From a virus (taxonomy: Duplodnaviria; Caudoviricetes): a DNA stretch of 64,000 nt. How positions within the stretch are numbered: the first letter of the stretch is position 1; the number at the start of each line of letters is the position of its first letter. Below are positions 1 through 9,208 of the stretch, one piece after another. The DNA is taken from the IMG/VR virus record IMGVR_UViG_3300044655_000343, positions 870-64,869 of that record; one strand, 5' to 3'. A program made the position numbers and the translations under genes. The notes under the pieces were generated by a model. It made no database searches and was not told where the DNA came from. It saw only the letters and a program-made list of their open reading frames with translations.

Positions 1-1418
1 ATCTGCTCTTGTTGAATGTCTTCAGCTGAGCGTACCCAATTACGGGCATCAAAGCCAAGAGAAGTAATCAACGCTCTAGCATACTCTTCCCATTTAAATG
101 CAGCGGCTGCTTGCTCAGGTAGATTGCGAACCATATCGCCCATCTGCATAAGCTTTTGTAAATCAGTGTCACGACTCAAGGCTTGAAGACCAGTAATTAC
201 TTCAATAGATAGCACACCTTCAGCATCAAAGAACTGTTCATACATTCTTGTATCAAGTTCTTCTTTTTCAATCATTAAGAATACAGATCGCTTGACAATT
301 GGTTCCATGAGATCTCTAGCGATAGCACTGAATGCTCCACCTAAGACTGTCTCAAGTTCAGAACCAATCATACGAACAGCAGTAGCAGTCACGCGGTCGC
401 CACTTGGTAGTGAGGAGGCAGACATTAAGAATGCCTGACCAATCTCTCTACGCATAGTTTCAACAGCGGTCTGAGCGGCTGAGATCTGTGGGTTCATTGT
501 CTGTGATGGTGACAGTACGAATACATCTGCTTGTCTCACGGGAATCCATGAGCCATTGGGTGCATCAGCAACATCGTCTACCTCAGTAATACCGGATGGA
601 TCAATGCCCATCCAGAAGGCTGAGGCTGCTGCCATGCCATCAAGCAATGCCTTAGTATAACCATCAAGACTTGATAGGTCGCCTAGGATATCTTCGCAGT
701 GCGATCTCCCGTAGTTTTCTCCGGGTATGCCGTACCACCGTAGTACCGTCACAGGACATACTTCGTAGACACCGCTTGTCAGTAGGTTCCCATCGCCGTC
801 TTCCTTTTTGTACTTCCATAGGTTGTCCTCCTTGAGATATTGACAATATGTTTTTTTGTAACCTCTCTTAGCGGATTCGGGTAAGGAGAAGTGTGGACTA
901 ATTGCTTCTGGATCTACAAGATCATATTCAATATGAATAATTTCATTAACATCTCCAGCAACGGTACGCTGTATAGCATAGTTATCTAAACGGGTAACTC
1001 TAAACTTAAAGTCATCCATCTCATGTACTAAACAATCTCCAACTACAATTAAATTCTGAATTGCTTGATAGATTGTTTCTCTTAGGTTAGTACTAATAAG
1101 CTTACGATAGACTTGATAACTCATAGTCTCAAGATACTGTCCAATTTCTGCGGTTGGTTCTGTACCAGACCGAAGACCAAATTTAAAAAAGGGTGTGTCA
1201 TTCAAAGGCATCATTGCTGATAGCATTCGACTAGCTAATGAAGTCACACCTCTTGCACCAACAGATGATGTTGGCTGTGGTAGTTCCATCTCTTCAGTCC
1301 AACCCTCAGGTGGTAGAAGACTTGGAACAGTTAGTGCTGCACATAGCCGAGCACGGTATAGTTTAGATGTTCGCATTGCATCTAACATTCGGAAGCGTTC
1401 AACAAGATTGTTTGTCAT
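1..1418 (-). CDS. Portal (head-to-tail connector) protein, T7 gp8-like; runs off the left window edge
   Basis: Not in the ORF track because it is open at the edge. ATG at 1418 with an AAGGAG RBS. Translates MTNNLVERFRMLDAMRTSKLYRARLCAALTVPSLLPP...SSVGARGVTSLASRMLSAMMPLNDTPFFKF..., and later YGRSHCEDILGDL and RVTATAVR, matching T7-type portal motifs. Confidence 0.92.
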   Translation of the reverse strand, partial: MTNNLVERFRMLDAMRTSKLYRARLCAALTVPSLLPPEGWTEEMELPQPTSSVGARGVTSLASRMLSAMMPLNDTPFFKFGLRSGTEPTAEIGQYLETMSYQVYRKLISTNLRETIYQAIQNLIVVGDCLVHEMDDFKFRVTRLDNYAIQRTVAGDVNEIIHIEYDLVDPEAISPHFSLPESAKRGYKKTYCQYLKEDNLWKYKKEDGDGNLLTSGVYEVCPVTVLRWYGIPGENYGRSHCEDILGDLSSLDGYTKALLDGMAAASAFWMGIDPSGITEVDDVADAPNGSWIPVRQADVFVLSPSQTMNPQISAAQTAVETMRREIGQAFLMSASSLPSGDRVTATAVRMIGSELETVLGGAFSAIARDLMEPIVKRSVFLMIEKEELDTRMYEQFFDAEGVLSIEVITGLQALSRDTDLQKLMQMGDMVRNLPEQAAAAFKWEEYARALITSLGFDARNWVRSAEDIQQEQ

Positions 1419-1428
1419 TTACACTCCT

Positions 1429-1761
1429 TTATGTAGATACACCATTGTATAGTGCTGAATAAAAATCTAATGCCTTGGCGTTACCACCTTGAATAGTCTT
1501 AGTACCTTGTGCTTCAGCCTGAGCCTGAGCTTCAAGGATTGCTTCTTGTTCGGCAGCAGTAGCTGTCTGAACTGCGGCTTGCTCATCTGCTTTAGTTCTA
1601 GCCATAGTAATGGCTTCTCTAGCAACACGGCGAGTTTCGGAGTCTTCGGCTGCTTTTCTACGCTCTTCTTCTTGTTCTTTTTGGAAGACGCGTTCGTCAT
1701 CCATCAGTTTCTTTTGTTCATCATATGTCATACCACCGCTAATAGTAGGGCTTCCACCCAT
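1429..1761 (-). CDS. Small virion/tail-assembly protein (positional equivalent of T7 gp6.7/gp7.3)
   Basis: 110 aa, MGG start, Ala/Glu/Gln-rich coiled coil, immediately upstream of the portal gene. Confidence 0.5.
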   Translation of the reverse strand: MGGSPTISGGMTYDEQKKLMDDERVFQKEQEEERRKAAEDSETRRVAREAITMARTKADEQAAVQTATAAEQEAILEAQAQAEAQGTKTIQGGNAKALDFYSALYNGVST

Positions 1762-1762
1762 A

Positions 1763-1954
1763 TTACTTGCCTCCTTGCTGTTGCTTTAGCACAGCTTTTA
1801 ATTTGTTTACGACTTCTATTTGCCCTGCTCTAAATGCAGATCGTCTTGCAAACTTGCTTTCTTCACAGTCAGCATCGTATTCAAGGGGCTTGTATAGTTC
1901 TTCCAGAATTTTTATCAGGTCGGGGTCTATTCTCGGATACTTTTCTGATTTCAT
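1763..1954 (-). CDS. Conserved small phage protein (gp6.5-like position)
   Basis: 63 aa with a P-x-I-x-x-x-L...L-E-x-L-Y...AGQ-x-x-VV-x-x-L pattern typical of the small ORF ahead of T7-like structural genes. Confidence 0.5.
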   Translation of the reverse strand: MKSEKYPRIDPDLIKILEELYKPLEYDADCEESKFARRSAFRAGQIEVVNKLKAVLKQQQGGK

Positions 1955-2069
1955 TTTTTAACTCTTCTATTTGAACATAGAGATCTTTGATTAACTGCTT
2001 GACCTCTGGCAAATCTATTGGGGTAGATAGAGTTAATCGAGTCTTTGCTTGATGGATATTAGTAATCAT
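1881..2069 (-). CDS. Hypothetical protein
   Basis: 62-aa ORF, ATGA-coupled to the upstream gene, with a short coiled coil. Confidence 0.5.
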   Translation of the reverse strand: MITNIHQAKTRLTLSTPIDLPEVKQLIKDLYVQIEELKNEIRKVSENRPRPDKNSGRTIQAP

Positions 2070-2857
2070 TTCTTTTTACTTGCTTTCTTTGCAGCCTTAG
2101 CTTCTTGCTTGGTCTGCTTAGTTATTTTTTTATTCAAATCAGCCAGTTGTTTTTCTAATGCTGTTTGATATGCAATAGTTTCACGCTGTTGTAAATCAGG
2201 ATCAGATCTAAAACGTAGAGTTTCTACATCTCTAATAGCCTGTAACTTTGCAGCTGCTACTTCTTCTGGTAACTTATAGCTATAGATTTTATTTCTATCA
2301 GCATCATAACTTACGGTTTTATTCTTACCTTTAGCTTTTCTATAAGCATTCATATCAAAGCCAGCTTCAGTACTTGTGCTGTACCCTGTCTTAAGGGTGG
2401 GAGATTTAGCCATTACAGATTGAATGTATTGTTCTTGAATGCCAAGCTTTTGTGCTTCACCCTCTTGCTTTAAAAACTCAGCTACACGCTTCTGTTGCTC
2501 AGCATACAATTCATTTTGCTTAGTAACCTCACCGATCTGAAGATCAGCTTGCTTCTTTGCTTCAGCCTCTGGATTAAACACATAGAAAGCAGCATCATTA
2601 TTTTCTGTACTAATATCACTACCTATATTAAAACGAATGTCTTTCATTTTTTCATAGAGTGGATTATAGATATCAGAAAAGTTAGGCAACTCTTTCTTAG
2701 TCAGGGCAGTCTCTTGAGTGGCAGAGAAGTAAGACTCTTGTCCTACATTTGCCATATCTAAAAGACCACCCTGAACACCGCTGATTTGTTTTTGTATCTG
2801 CTGTTGTTGAGCAGTAAGTTCTGCAGCAGATAGTGCAGGTGATTTTTTTCTTGCCAT
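2066..2857 (-). CDS. Hypothetical protein (helical, basic termini)
   Basis: 263-aa ORF in operon context; no recognised motif. Confidence 0.7.
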   Translation of the reverse strand: MARKKSPALSAAELTAQQQQIQKQISGVQGGLLDMANVGQESYFSATQETALTKKELPNFSDIYNPLYEKMKDIRFNIGSDISTENNDAAFYVFNPEAEAKKQADLQIGEVTKQNELYAEQQKRVAEFLKQEGEAQKLGIQEQYIQSVMAKSPTLKTGYSTSTEAGFDMNAYRKAKGKNKTVSYDADRNKIYSYKLPEEVAAAKLQAIRDVETLRFRSDPDLQQRETIAYQTALEKQLADLNKKITKQTKQEAKAAKKASKKK

Positions 2858-2860
2858 TGT

Positions 2861-4750
2861 TTATCCTGTTAAATCTATTATCTCACAAGCTCCTGCAGTA
2901 CAGGCTAAGGTGTGAGATGATGTTGTTGTGTCTGTCTTCTCATATAAAGAGAGATGATTAAAGTCTACATCTATAACAGGAAACGAATTATAAGTTTCTA
3001 GTGATATAGATTCAAAGGGAGCTTGTGCATAGATATGATCTGACTTGGGTAAGAAAGATATACCGGAGATCTTATCAAAGTTTTCCCATACCCATTGTCC
3101 AACAGGTAGGAATTCATTGTCAGCATAGTTAACAGTGATGCTTGGCTTGTGCTGACAGTAGTGCTCTTGATAAGTTAACCATAAGTTAAGATGATCAATA
3201 GCGGATAGTTCATTCTGAGTTAGTGATCCAGATGGAGCAGCTTGAACAAAGGTAAAGACTGCAGTTGAATCTGCATTCATTACACAATCTTCTACTGGTA
3301 CTTGGGCATCTCTCATCATGAAGTAGAGTGGATCCTTCTTGTCGATACGGACTCTTCTAAAGTAATGCTCCGCATACCGGGGATGTAATCCACTGGCTGA
3401 CGAAGCAAGACATGAAGTTGTGCCTTCTGGTTTAATACAAGTAATTGATTTACTTGGATTGATACCCAGCTTCTTAGACCAGTCAAGGTTAGTCTTGATG
3501 GCTGTCTCTCGTAGATCCTCAAGGACATACTTAAGTCTGCCATGTCCTAGTAGACCGGACATCAACTTGTTATCAAAGATACCTGTCATGGATACACCAA
3601 GCAGTCTCTCTTCTTCACAGTTATCCTGCCATGTCTTATCCTTGGCTAGGTAAGGGAAGTAAGTAAACATGCTTTGGATAGTACCAATGATGGTAGCCAT
3701 TTCAATTTTCTTTTCTAATGACTCTTGTGTATCAGTTGCATTGACAACAACAGTAGATAGATTACAGAATTGATTAGGGCGTAGGATGATCTCACTACAT
3801 GGATTCGTTCCATAGTAATGATCTTCACTACGGTCTGCCTTAACAGCAATGTTCTTCATGGCATCACGATTACAAAGACCACGCTCTCCACTGTGGGAGT
3901 TATATAAGTCTGTCCACTCTTCGAGGAACTGACCCATTGATGGTCTGCCATTGTAGATGGCTGAGTTGTTCGCTAAGGCACGATGACTTGAGGCTTGCCA
4001 CCACGCACCACTCTTGCAAGTAGCCATCTCACGGTCTGCTAGGTCGCTTAGAGAGATCATAGCGGAGCGGCGTACACCACCCACGATGACTGATTGAGCA
4101 ATCTTGCAGCAGATATCATGGCACTCAAGGGGCGTAAGTCTACGACCTTGGGCAGAATAGAATGTCTGTACTACAAATCTAAAGACTTCTTCTAGTGGGG
4201 CAGGACCACTTGCTCTACCACCAAAGGTCTTTAGTCTTTCACCTGACTTACGAATCTTACTTGTGTCCCACTTAATGTGGATACCCTTGTAAAGATTGTC
4301 AAGTAGATTGTTAAGTGCATCACACCAACCCTCGCGGCTATCCTCAACAAACATAACTGTATCAAACATCTTATGTATTGTTGGGATAGTCCCAAGTTTG
4401 TCGGTGCATCTACGCTCAACCGTATAGCCTACTCCAGTACCACACATAAGAATGTACATGAGGTTAGAGAAGGAAGTTGTTTTATTAATCTCAATGTATG
4501 AGCAATTGTATAGGGCAGTATGATCACGATCCAATGCTGGACCTGCGGTCATCAACCCACGCATACTTGGCAGTACTTCTAGATTAAGGATAGCATCTCT
4601 GATATCTGTCCGTGTCAGAAGAACAGGGGCTTTACCAGTAAAGTAATTCCACCATCTATCGACAGTCTCATCCCAAGTCTCTCTACGATTTTCTTTATCA
4701 AGCCAACGACTGTAGCGACTGATAGCAATAAACTTTTGAAATGTATCCAT
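2861..4750 (-). CDS. nrdJ: Class II (adenosylcobalamin-dependent) ribonucleotide reductase
   Basis: Motifs RRETWDETVDR, LPSMRGLMTAG, YNCSY, VGGVRRSAMISLSD, GTNPCSEI, IKPEGTTS, HKPSITV and C-terminal ACTAGACE. No NrdB partner gene. Confidence 0.95.
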   Translation of the reverse strand: MDTFQKFIAISRYSRWLDKENRRETWDETVDRWWNYFTGKAPVLLTRTDIRDAILNLEVLPSMRGLMTAGPALDRDHTALYNCSYIEINKTTSFSNLMYILMCGTGVGYTVERRCTDKLGTIPTIHKMFDTVMFVEDSREGWCDALNNLLDNLYKGIHIKWDTSKIRKSGERLKTFGGRASGPAPLEEVFRFVVQTFYSAQGRRLTPLECHDICCKIAQSVIVGGVRRSAMISLSDLADREMATCKSGAWWQASSHRALANNSAIYNGRPSMGQFLEEWTDLYNSHSGERGLCNRDAMKNIAVKADRSEDHYYGTNPCSEIILRPNQFCNLSTVVVNATDTQESLEKKIEMATIIGTIQSMFTYFPYLAKDKTWQDNCEEERLLGVSMTGIFDNKLMSGLLGHGRLKYVLEDLRETAIKTNLDWSKKLGINPSKSITCIKPEGTTSCLASSASGLHPRYAEHYFRRVRIDKKDPLYFMMRDAQVPVEDCVMNADSTAVFTFVQAAPSGSLTQNELSAIDHLNLWLTYQEHYCQHKPSITVNYADNEFLPVGQWVWENFDKISGISFLPKSDHIYAQAPFESISLETYNSFPVIDVDFNHLSLYEKTDTTTSSHTLACTAGACEIIDLTG

Positions 4751-5262
4751 TAGACTCCTGTACTCCCAAACTTACCTTCGCCTCGTACAGTATACGGAAG
4801 TTTATCTACAGAGACAAACGGGAACTGTGTGACGGGCATGAAGGCAATCTGTGCAACACGATCACCTCTTGTAAGAGTGTGTGTTATTGTTGAATTGTTA
4901 ATAAGTGGTAACCAAATCTCACCACGATAATCAGAATCAATGACACCAACAGAGTTGGCTAAGTTGATTCCCTTGTTAGAAAGACCTGATCTCATAAAGA
5001 GTAAACCTACATAGCCCTCAGGGATAGCTAAGCTAACCCCTGTGGGTACTCTAGTTACTACTCCGGGGAGTAGCGTAGTGTCCGTAGTGATCTTAAGATC
5101 AGCCCCGGCTGCACCCTTGGTATGGTAGGCTGGAGCACAGTCTCTATCATGGAGTACCATAGGGATCTTAGAATCGCTATGGATATAAGTAGAAGTATTG
5201 TAATTGTTTTGATTAGCAATAGTTAAAGACTCAGTGTTGTATTGGTTTACATCAGTGTTCAT
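4750..5262 (-). CDS. dut: Trimeric dUTPase
   Basis: Motifs AAGADL, RSGL, GVIDSDYRGEI, GDRVAQ and RGEGKFGSTG. Start placed at MNTDVN (5262), downstream of the ORF-track start. Confidence 0.95.
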   Translation of the reverse strand: MNTDVNQYNTESLTIANQNNYNTSTYIHSDSKIPMVLHDRDCAPAYHTKGAAGADLKITTDTTLLPGVVTRVPTGVSLAIPEGYVGLLFMRSGLSNKGINLANSVGVIDSDYRGEIWLPLINNSTITHTLTRGDRVAQIAFMPVTQFPFVSVDKLPYTVRGEGKFGSTGV

Positions 5263-6031
5263 TAGTGTTCCCTTGAGTATCACTCTTAGTAGCCCCAACT
5301 ATTGGGTCAAACAATAGTACGGACTTAGTTTTCTTGTTATATTCACCATGTCTAAGGATGCGTACACACCTAGCCATAGCGAGACAGTAATCATATCCAT
5401 ATCTATCCATTTCCTGAGGCTTAGCTTGGTCATAAGCTGCCAATACGGCGGCTGTCCAGTTACGGGGATGGACATACTTAAGCCATTTCTCTGCCTTAGC
5501 AGGTCCCCACTTCCAGATACCGGGGATATTATCGGTCGTATCACCCATGATCCATTGCTTGTGGAAGTTAAAGTCAGCAGTATAAGTATCAAGTTCTACT
5601 GGTTTAACTTCCTTGTCCGGGTTCCAATGCCACCCCGGTACAGACCGGAGATCCTTGTCAATGGTCACAGCAATAGCCTTGTTACCTGAAGCCATGAGTC
5701 CCATAATATCATCAGCCTCTAGGGTAGGAACAAAGAGTATATCATTCCGTTTAATTAAACTGACAGCTTCTGATAAAGTTTCTGGGGTTTGCTTCTTGAC
5801 ATCCCGATGGGCTTTATATGGTTCCCACACCTGTCTACGGAAGTTATCCTTACGATCACAGGAGATAGCCACATATACTTTCGTTACTCCTACTGGAGTC
5901 CATGCCTTGACATCATGTTCAATGCGCTCAGCAAGGTACTCAATGCCTTCTTGGTCTGCCCAAAAGGCAGCACGATAGGCAATGATGTCTCCGTCAAGCA
6001 CAGCAGTATCAGGTCTTGGTTGGCTTATCAT
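5252..6031 (-). CDS. 5'-3' exonuclease (T7 gp6-like)
   Basis: Motifs LDGDIIAY, NFRR..W.PYKAHR, EADDIMG, IDKDL and GDTTDNIPG. Confidence 0.93.
   Translation of the reverse strand: MISQPRPDTAVLDGDIIAYRAAFWADQEGIEYLAERIEHDVKAWTPVGVTKVYVAISCDRKDNFRRQVWEPYKAHRDVKKQTPETLSEAVSLIKRNDILFVPTLEADDIMGLMASGNKAIAVTIDKDLRSVPGWHWNPDKEVKPVELDTYTADFNFHKQWIMGDTTDNIPGIWKWGPAKAEKWLKYVHPRNWTAAVLAAYDQAKPQEMDRYGYDYCLAMARCVRILRHGEYNKKTKSVLLFDPIVGATKSDTQGNTNEH
5290..5302 (-). promoter_or_regulatory. Putative phage RNAP promoter motif ATAGTTGGGGCTA (copy 1)
   Basis: Exact 13-mer found 4 times in the same orientation; this copy is just upstream of dut/nrdJ and the structural genes. Confidence 0.6.
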
Positions 6032-6749
6032 CGTCTTCCTTATCTATAAAAATTTCCATGATCTCTTTAAACACAGTATCTCCATCAGGTAGTCTGTCTT
6101 CTCTTGAGGATAGGCACAGCTCACAGTTACACAAATCATCTAACATTGATTCGGAGAGTAGGTGAAACCATTCATCAAACTTTGTATTGCACTTAGTTTT
6201 GAATGCTGCCTCACTCTCATCATTCTTTAGAGTGTAGTGAAACATATCTTCATATTGTTTGTTGCCTGTCTCAATAGCAATTGCTAGTGCTTCAGACTCA
6301 TGTGTTCTCCACTCTGCAAACTCCTCAGGGAGTTCACGCTCACCTGCTGAGATGAAGACTGTAAGAGCACGGATGTCACGAGCAGCGGCAATCTCATTGG
6401 TATAGCGACAGTCATCCACAATGATAACCTTCTCATGCCAGATAGATGGGTCAGCCTTTAGGGCTGCTTGTTCTTCTTCATAGAGTTTCTTAATCTTGTT
6501 TCTGAATTGTTTAACCCAGTAGTCTGGATCTTCTTGTCTCATAGTAGAGCCAAGGGTCTGACAGAACTCACGATACTCTTCTTGATTGGTATCTTTAGTG
6601 TATCCCTTCTTAGCCGCCTCTTCCTTAAGGGCAGCAGCAAAAGGAACAATCACTGGTGTATACTTATTGTTGTAAGCGTACTCACTGATCCACTTTGCTA
6701 GTGTTGTCTTTCCGACTCTTGCCTGTCCACCGATCATTATCGTTATCAT
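6009..6749 (-). CDS. Deoxynucleoside monophosphate kinase
   Basis: N-terminal P-loop GGQARVGKTT, FAAALK, R..CQTLG..MRQEDPDYWV, VDDCRYTNE, HESE; C-terminal CNCELC. Confidence 0.85.
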   Translation of the reverse strand: MITIMIGGQARVGKTTLAKWISEYAYNNKYTPVIVPFAAALKEEAAKKGYTKDTNQEEYREFCQTLGSTMRQEDPDYWVKQFRNKIKKLYEEEQAALKADPSIWHEKVIIVDDCRYTNEIAAARDIRALTVFISAGERELPEEFAEWRTHESEALAIAIETGNKQYEDMFHYTLKNDESEAAFKTKCNTKFDEWFHLLSESMLDDLCNCELCLSSREDRLPDGDTVFKEIMEIFIDKEDDDKPTKT

Positions 6750-7185
6750 GTAAGCTTTCCCATAATTGTTTTGGAGTGAATAGATCAGGGATATCCCAAC
6801 CTTTGAATTGTAAGTAGCTGCATATAAAAGTAATACAGTTGGTTGGTTTGTTCATCCCTATGAACTGACCTATAGTAGTGTATGCTAACATCATATAACT
6901 ATTAAGTGGTTTATATTTATAGGCGAAGATAATATCTTCCTCGTCTATATCAAAAGAACCTAGATCAAACTCATAGTACTTAGTTAAATTTAGTTGCTTA
7001 AGTGCGGATAAGCGCATTACTTTTACTGGTCTTCTGTCAACCACCACAAAAGCAAATGGTATACTCAAATCAAACTCAATGTGAGCATGAGTATGACGGC
7101 TCCAAGATAGTAAACGAACGGCATAATATCGCCACCCTTGTACCTTTTTGAAGTTGTAGAATACGATTTTTGCATTAACTTTCAT
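6682..7185 (-). CDS. Permuted papain-like (NlpC/P60-type) protein
   Basis: N-terminal S-R-H-T-H-A-H-I-E with the His ahead of a C-terminal N-C-I-T-F Cys, followed by TPKQL. This is the permuted His-before-Cys order. Confidence 0.6.
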   Translation of the reverse strand: MKVNAKIVFYNFKKVQGWRYYAVRLLSWSRHTHAHIEFDLSIPFAFVVVDRRPVKVMRLSALKQLNLTKYYEFDLGSFDIDEEDIIFAYKYKPLNSYMMLAYTTIGQFIGMNKPTNCITFICSYLQFKGWDIPDLFTPKQLWESLHDNDNDRWTGKSRKDNTSKVDQ

Positions 7186-7507
7186 AGAAGATCGGCATCC
7201 CTAGATATGTAGCTAGTGAATGTTCAACCCTCGCACCTTCCGAATGCTCCCAACCACAGAGCATTACCATCCCAGTACACTGGAGGATAGCATCAATGTC
7301 ACGCTTCATGCAAGCACGAAGATGATCTAATGAATCTTCAACAGTAGCGGGATCAAACCCCTCATCCTCATCCATCTTAGCAGGATTGTGAATCTTAGTT
7401 ATAGCAGGATTTTTACTCCACTTCTTCTCAGCTTTATAGAAAGCCTCAAAGTTATGGTTAGGATATCCTCTCATAGGACCAGCAATATAAATTTCTAACT
7501 TAGACAT
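7175..7507 (-). CDS. DUF4406 / nucleoside 2-deoxyribosyltransferase-like protein
   Basis: Motifs IYIAGPMRG...N..AF, NPA, CMKRDI, L.GWEHSEGARVE..LA. Confidence 0.85.
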   Translation of the reverse strand: MSKLEIYIAGPMRGYPNHNFEAFYKAEKKWSKNPAITKIHNPAKMDEDEGFDPATVEDSLDHLRACMKRDIDAILQCTGMVMLCGWEHSEGARVEHSLATYLGMPIFYES

Positions 7508-7516
7508 AGTGTCTCC

Positions 7517-9208
7517 TTAATGTGTATCAGCCCAGCACTTACCAATGCAGTACTCTGCATCAATACGAATATTCATCTTTAACATCTCACCTGCTGTAGT
7601 AGCAGCGGCAGTAACAGCCTTACCAAATCCATCGGCAGTATCTGCCGGACATGAGTACTGTAGTTCGTCATGCACATAAGCCAGCTGCTTGGCTCCTGCG
7701 GGCTTGATAGCCTTGAACGCCTCGACCATCCAGTACTTGCTTACGATAGCTCCTGAACCCTGCAGCAGGGTGTTGAGGGCAGCGTGTTCGCTACGCACGG
7801 GTACACGCCTACCATCAGGCAGGAGCACACCCTTGTGCTTGAGTGCCTCATACTTTACCATGTCCTGTACCTTAGTAAGGGCAGGGATTTCTTTCTGAAA
7901 TCGTTCTCGTAATCCTCTAGCCTCACCAATACTACAACTACATACTAAAGCAATCTTCTTGTCACCCGCACCATAGAGGTACGCATAGATGAAAGACTTT
8001 GCTAATGCTCGTGAACTTAGTCCGGCTGCTTTCTGATTGTGTGTATGAATATCTCCTGTTAGGAGTACTTTACCATACTCACCGTTGTCATACTTAGCCA
8101 TGAAGTGGGCAAGCATACGAAGCTCTAGCCCCGACAAGTCAGCACCAACTAACACCTGCTTGGGATCACATAGCCAGAGTTCTCTTGCTCTATGATCGCC
8201 ACTTACCTGTGCTATGTTGGGCTGACTGTGAGTACAACGACCTGTCGCTGCACCCTGTGGATTGATGTTGCCATGTATACGGTTGTCTCGACTATTGATT
8301 GATCGACTGTTCCAGTCCTCAACCATACCCATTAACTTGATTGCATTGAAGTACTTTACGAGTGTCTTTGCTTCTGGATAGTCTAACACAGCCAACACGG
8401 ATTCATCTACCTTTGGGTTTCCCTTCTCAGTTTCTTGTGGTTTCCATCCATACCTTTCGGTAAGACGGTTAGCTATTTGTTGTCGAGAACCGGGATTAAA
8501 GGTATCTACTTTGTCTTTGAGTCTCTTGCCTGTCTTGGGCGAATGTCTAATGATAACCCGGTCAGGGAAGACTTGACGCATTTCATCTTCGATACCAAGT
8601 TTTTCCAGCATAAGGTTTTTATACAACTCTTCTCCGGCATCAAGGTCATAATTAAATCCATTGCACACTTGCTCCATTAAAATTGTAGATACTGTATGCT
8701 CAAAGGCTACAATATTTTTGTTGTCTGATATAAAACTCTTTTGTTTATTGAAGATAGCTTCGCCAAGTCGAGTGTCCTGCTGACAGTACTTGCCCATCTC
8801 TAGGTTGTAACTAGTCCAGCCCAAGGTATACTCTGACTTCGGAAAGTTAAGATGTATACCCCATGACTTGAGTGAGTTGTCTTTGAATGGATGGGTGTTG
8901 ATGTCTGGATACATTAGCTTACTAATAATAAGGGTATCAACAATACGCTTAGGCATAGTCATATTATACAGCCTACGCATAACCGGGTAGTCATATCCCA
9001 AGATGTTGTGACCGATAATAACATCAAATTGTTTGAGGTAATTTACAAGATCTGGCATCTGATGCTCTAACCAAAGTACTGGTTCTTGATTAGGAATCTT
9101 AGTAGCTGCACATAATACACGAGTAACTTCCTTGTGAGGATTACCTTTAGAATCTAATATCAACTCAGCTAAACCATTTCCTTCAATATCAAGTACGCAT
9201 ACTTTCAT
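7517..9208 (-). CDS. Family A DNA polymerase (T7 gp5-like) with 3'-5' exonuclease domain
   Basis: Exonuclease motifs LDIE, GHNILGYD, YCQQD; TGRCTHSQPN; motif A DLSGLELR; motif B RALAKSFIYAYLYG; motif C VHDE. Confidence 0.97.
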   Translation of the reverse strand: MKVCVLDIEGNGLAELILDSKGNPHKEVTRVLCAATKIPNQEPVLWLEHQMPDLVNYLKQFDVIIGHNILGYDYPVMRRLYNMTMPKRIVDTLIISKLMYPDINTHPFKDNSLKSWGIHLNFPKSEYTLGWTSYNLEMGKYCQQDTRLGEAIFNKQKSFISDNKNIVAFEHTVSTILMEQVCNGFNYDLDAGEELYKNLMLEKLGIEDEMRQVFPDRVIIRHSPKTGKRLKDKVDTFNPGSRQQIANRLTERYGWKPQETEKGNPKVDESVLAVLDYPEAKTLVKYFNAIKLMGMVEDWNSRSINSRDNRIHGNINPQGAATGRCTHSQPNIAQVSGDHRARELWLCDPKQVLVGADLSGLELRMLAHFMAKYDNGEYGKVLLTGDIHTHNQKAAGLSSRALAKSFIYAYLYGAGDKKIALVCSCSIGEARGLRERFQKEIPALTKVQDMVKYEALKHKGVLLPDGRRVPVRSEHAALNTLLQGSGAIVSKYWMVEAFKAIKPAGAKQLAYVHDELQYSCPADTADGFGKAVTAAATTAGEMLKMNIRIDAEYCIGKCWADTH

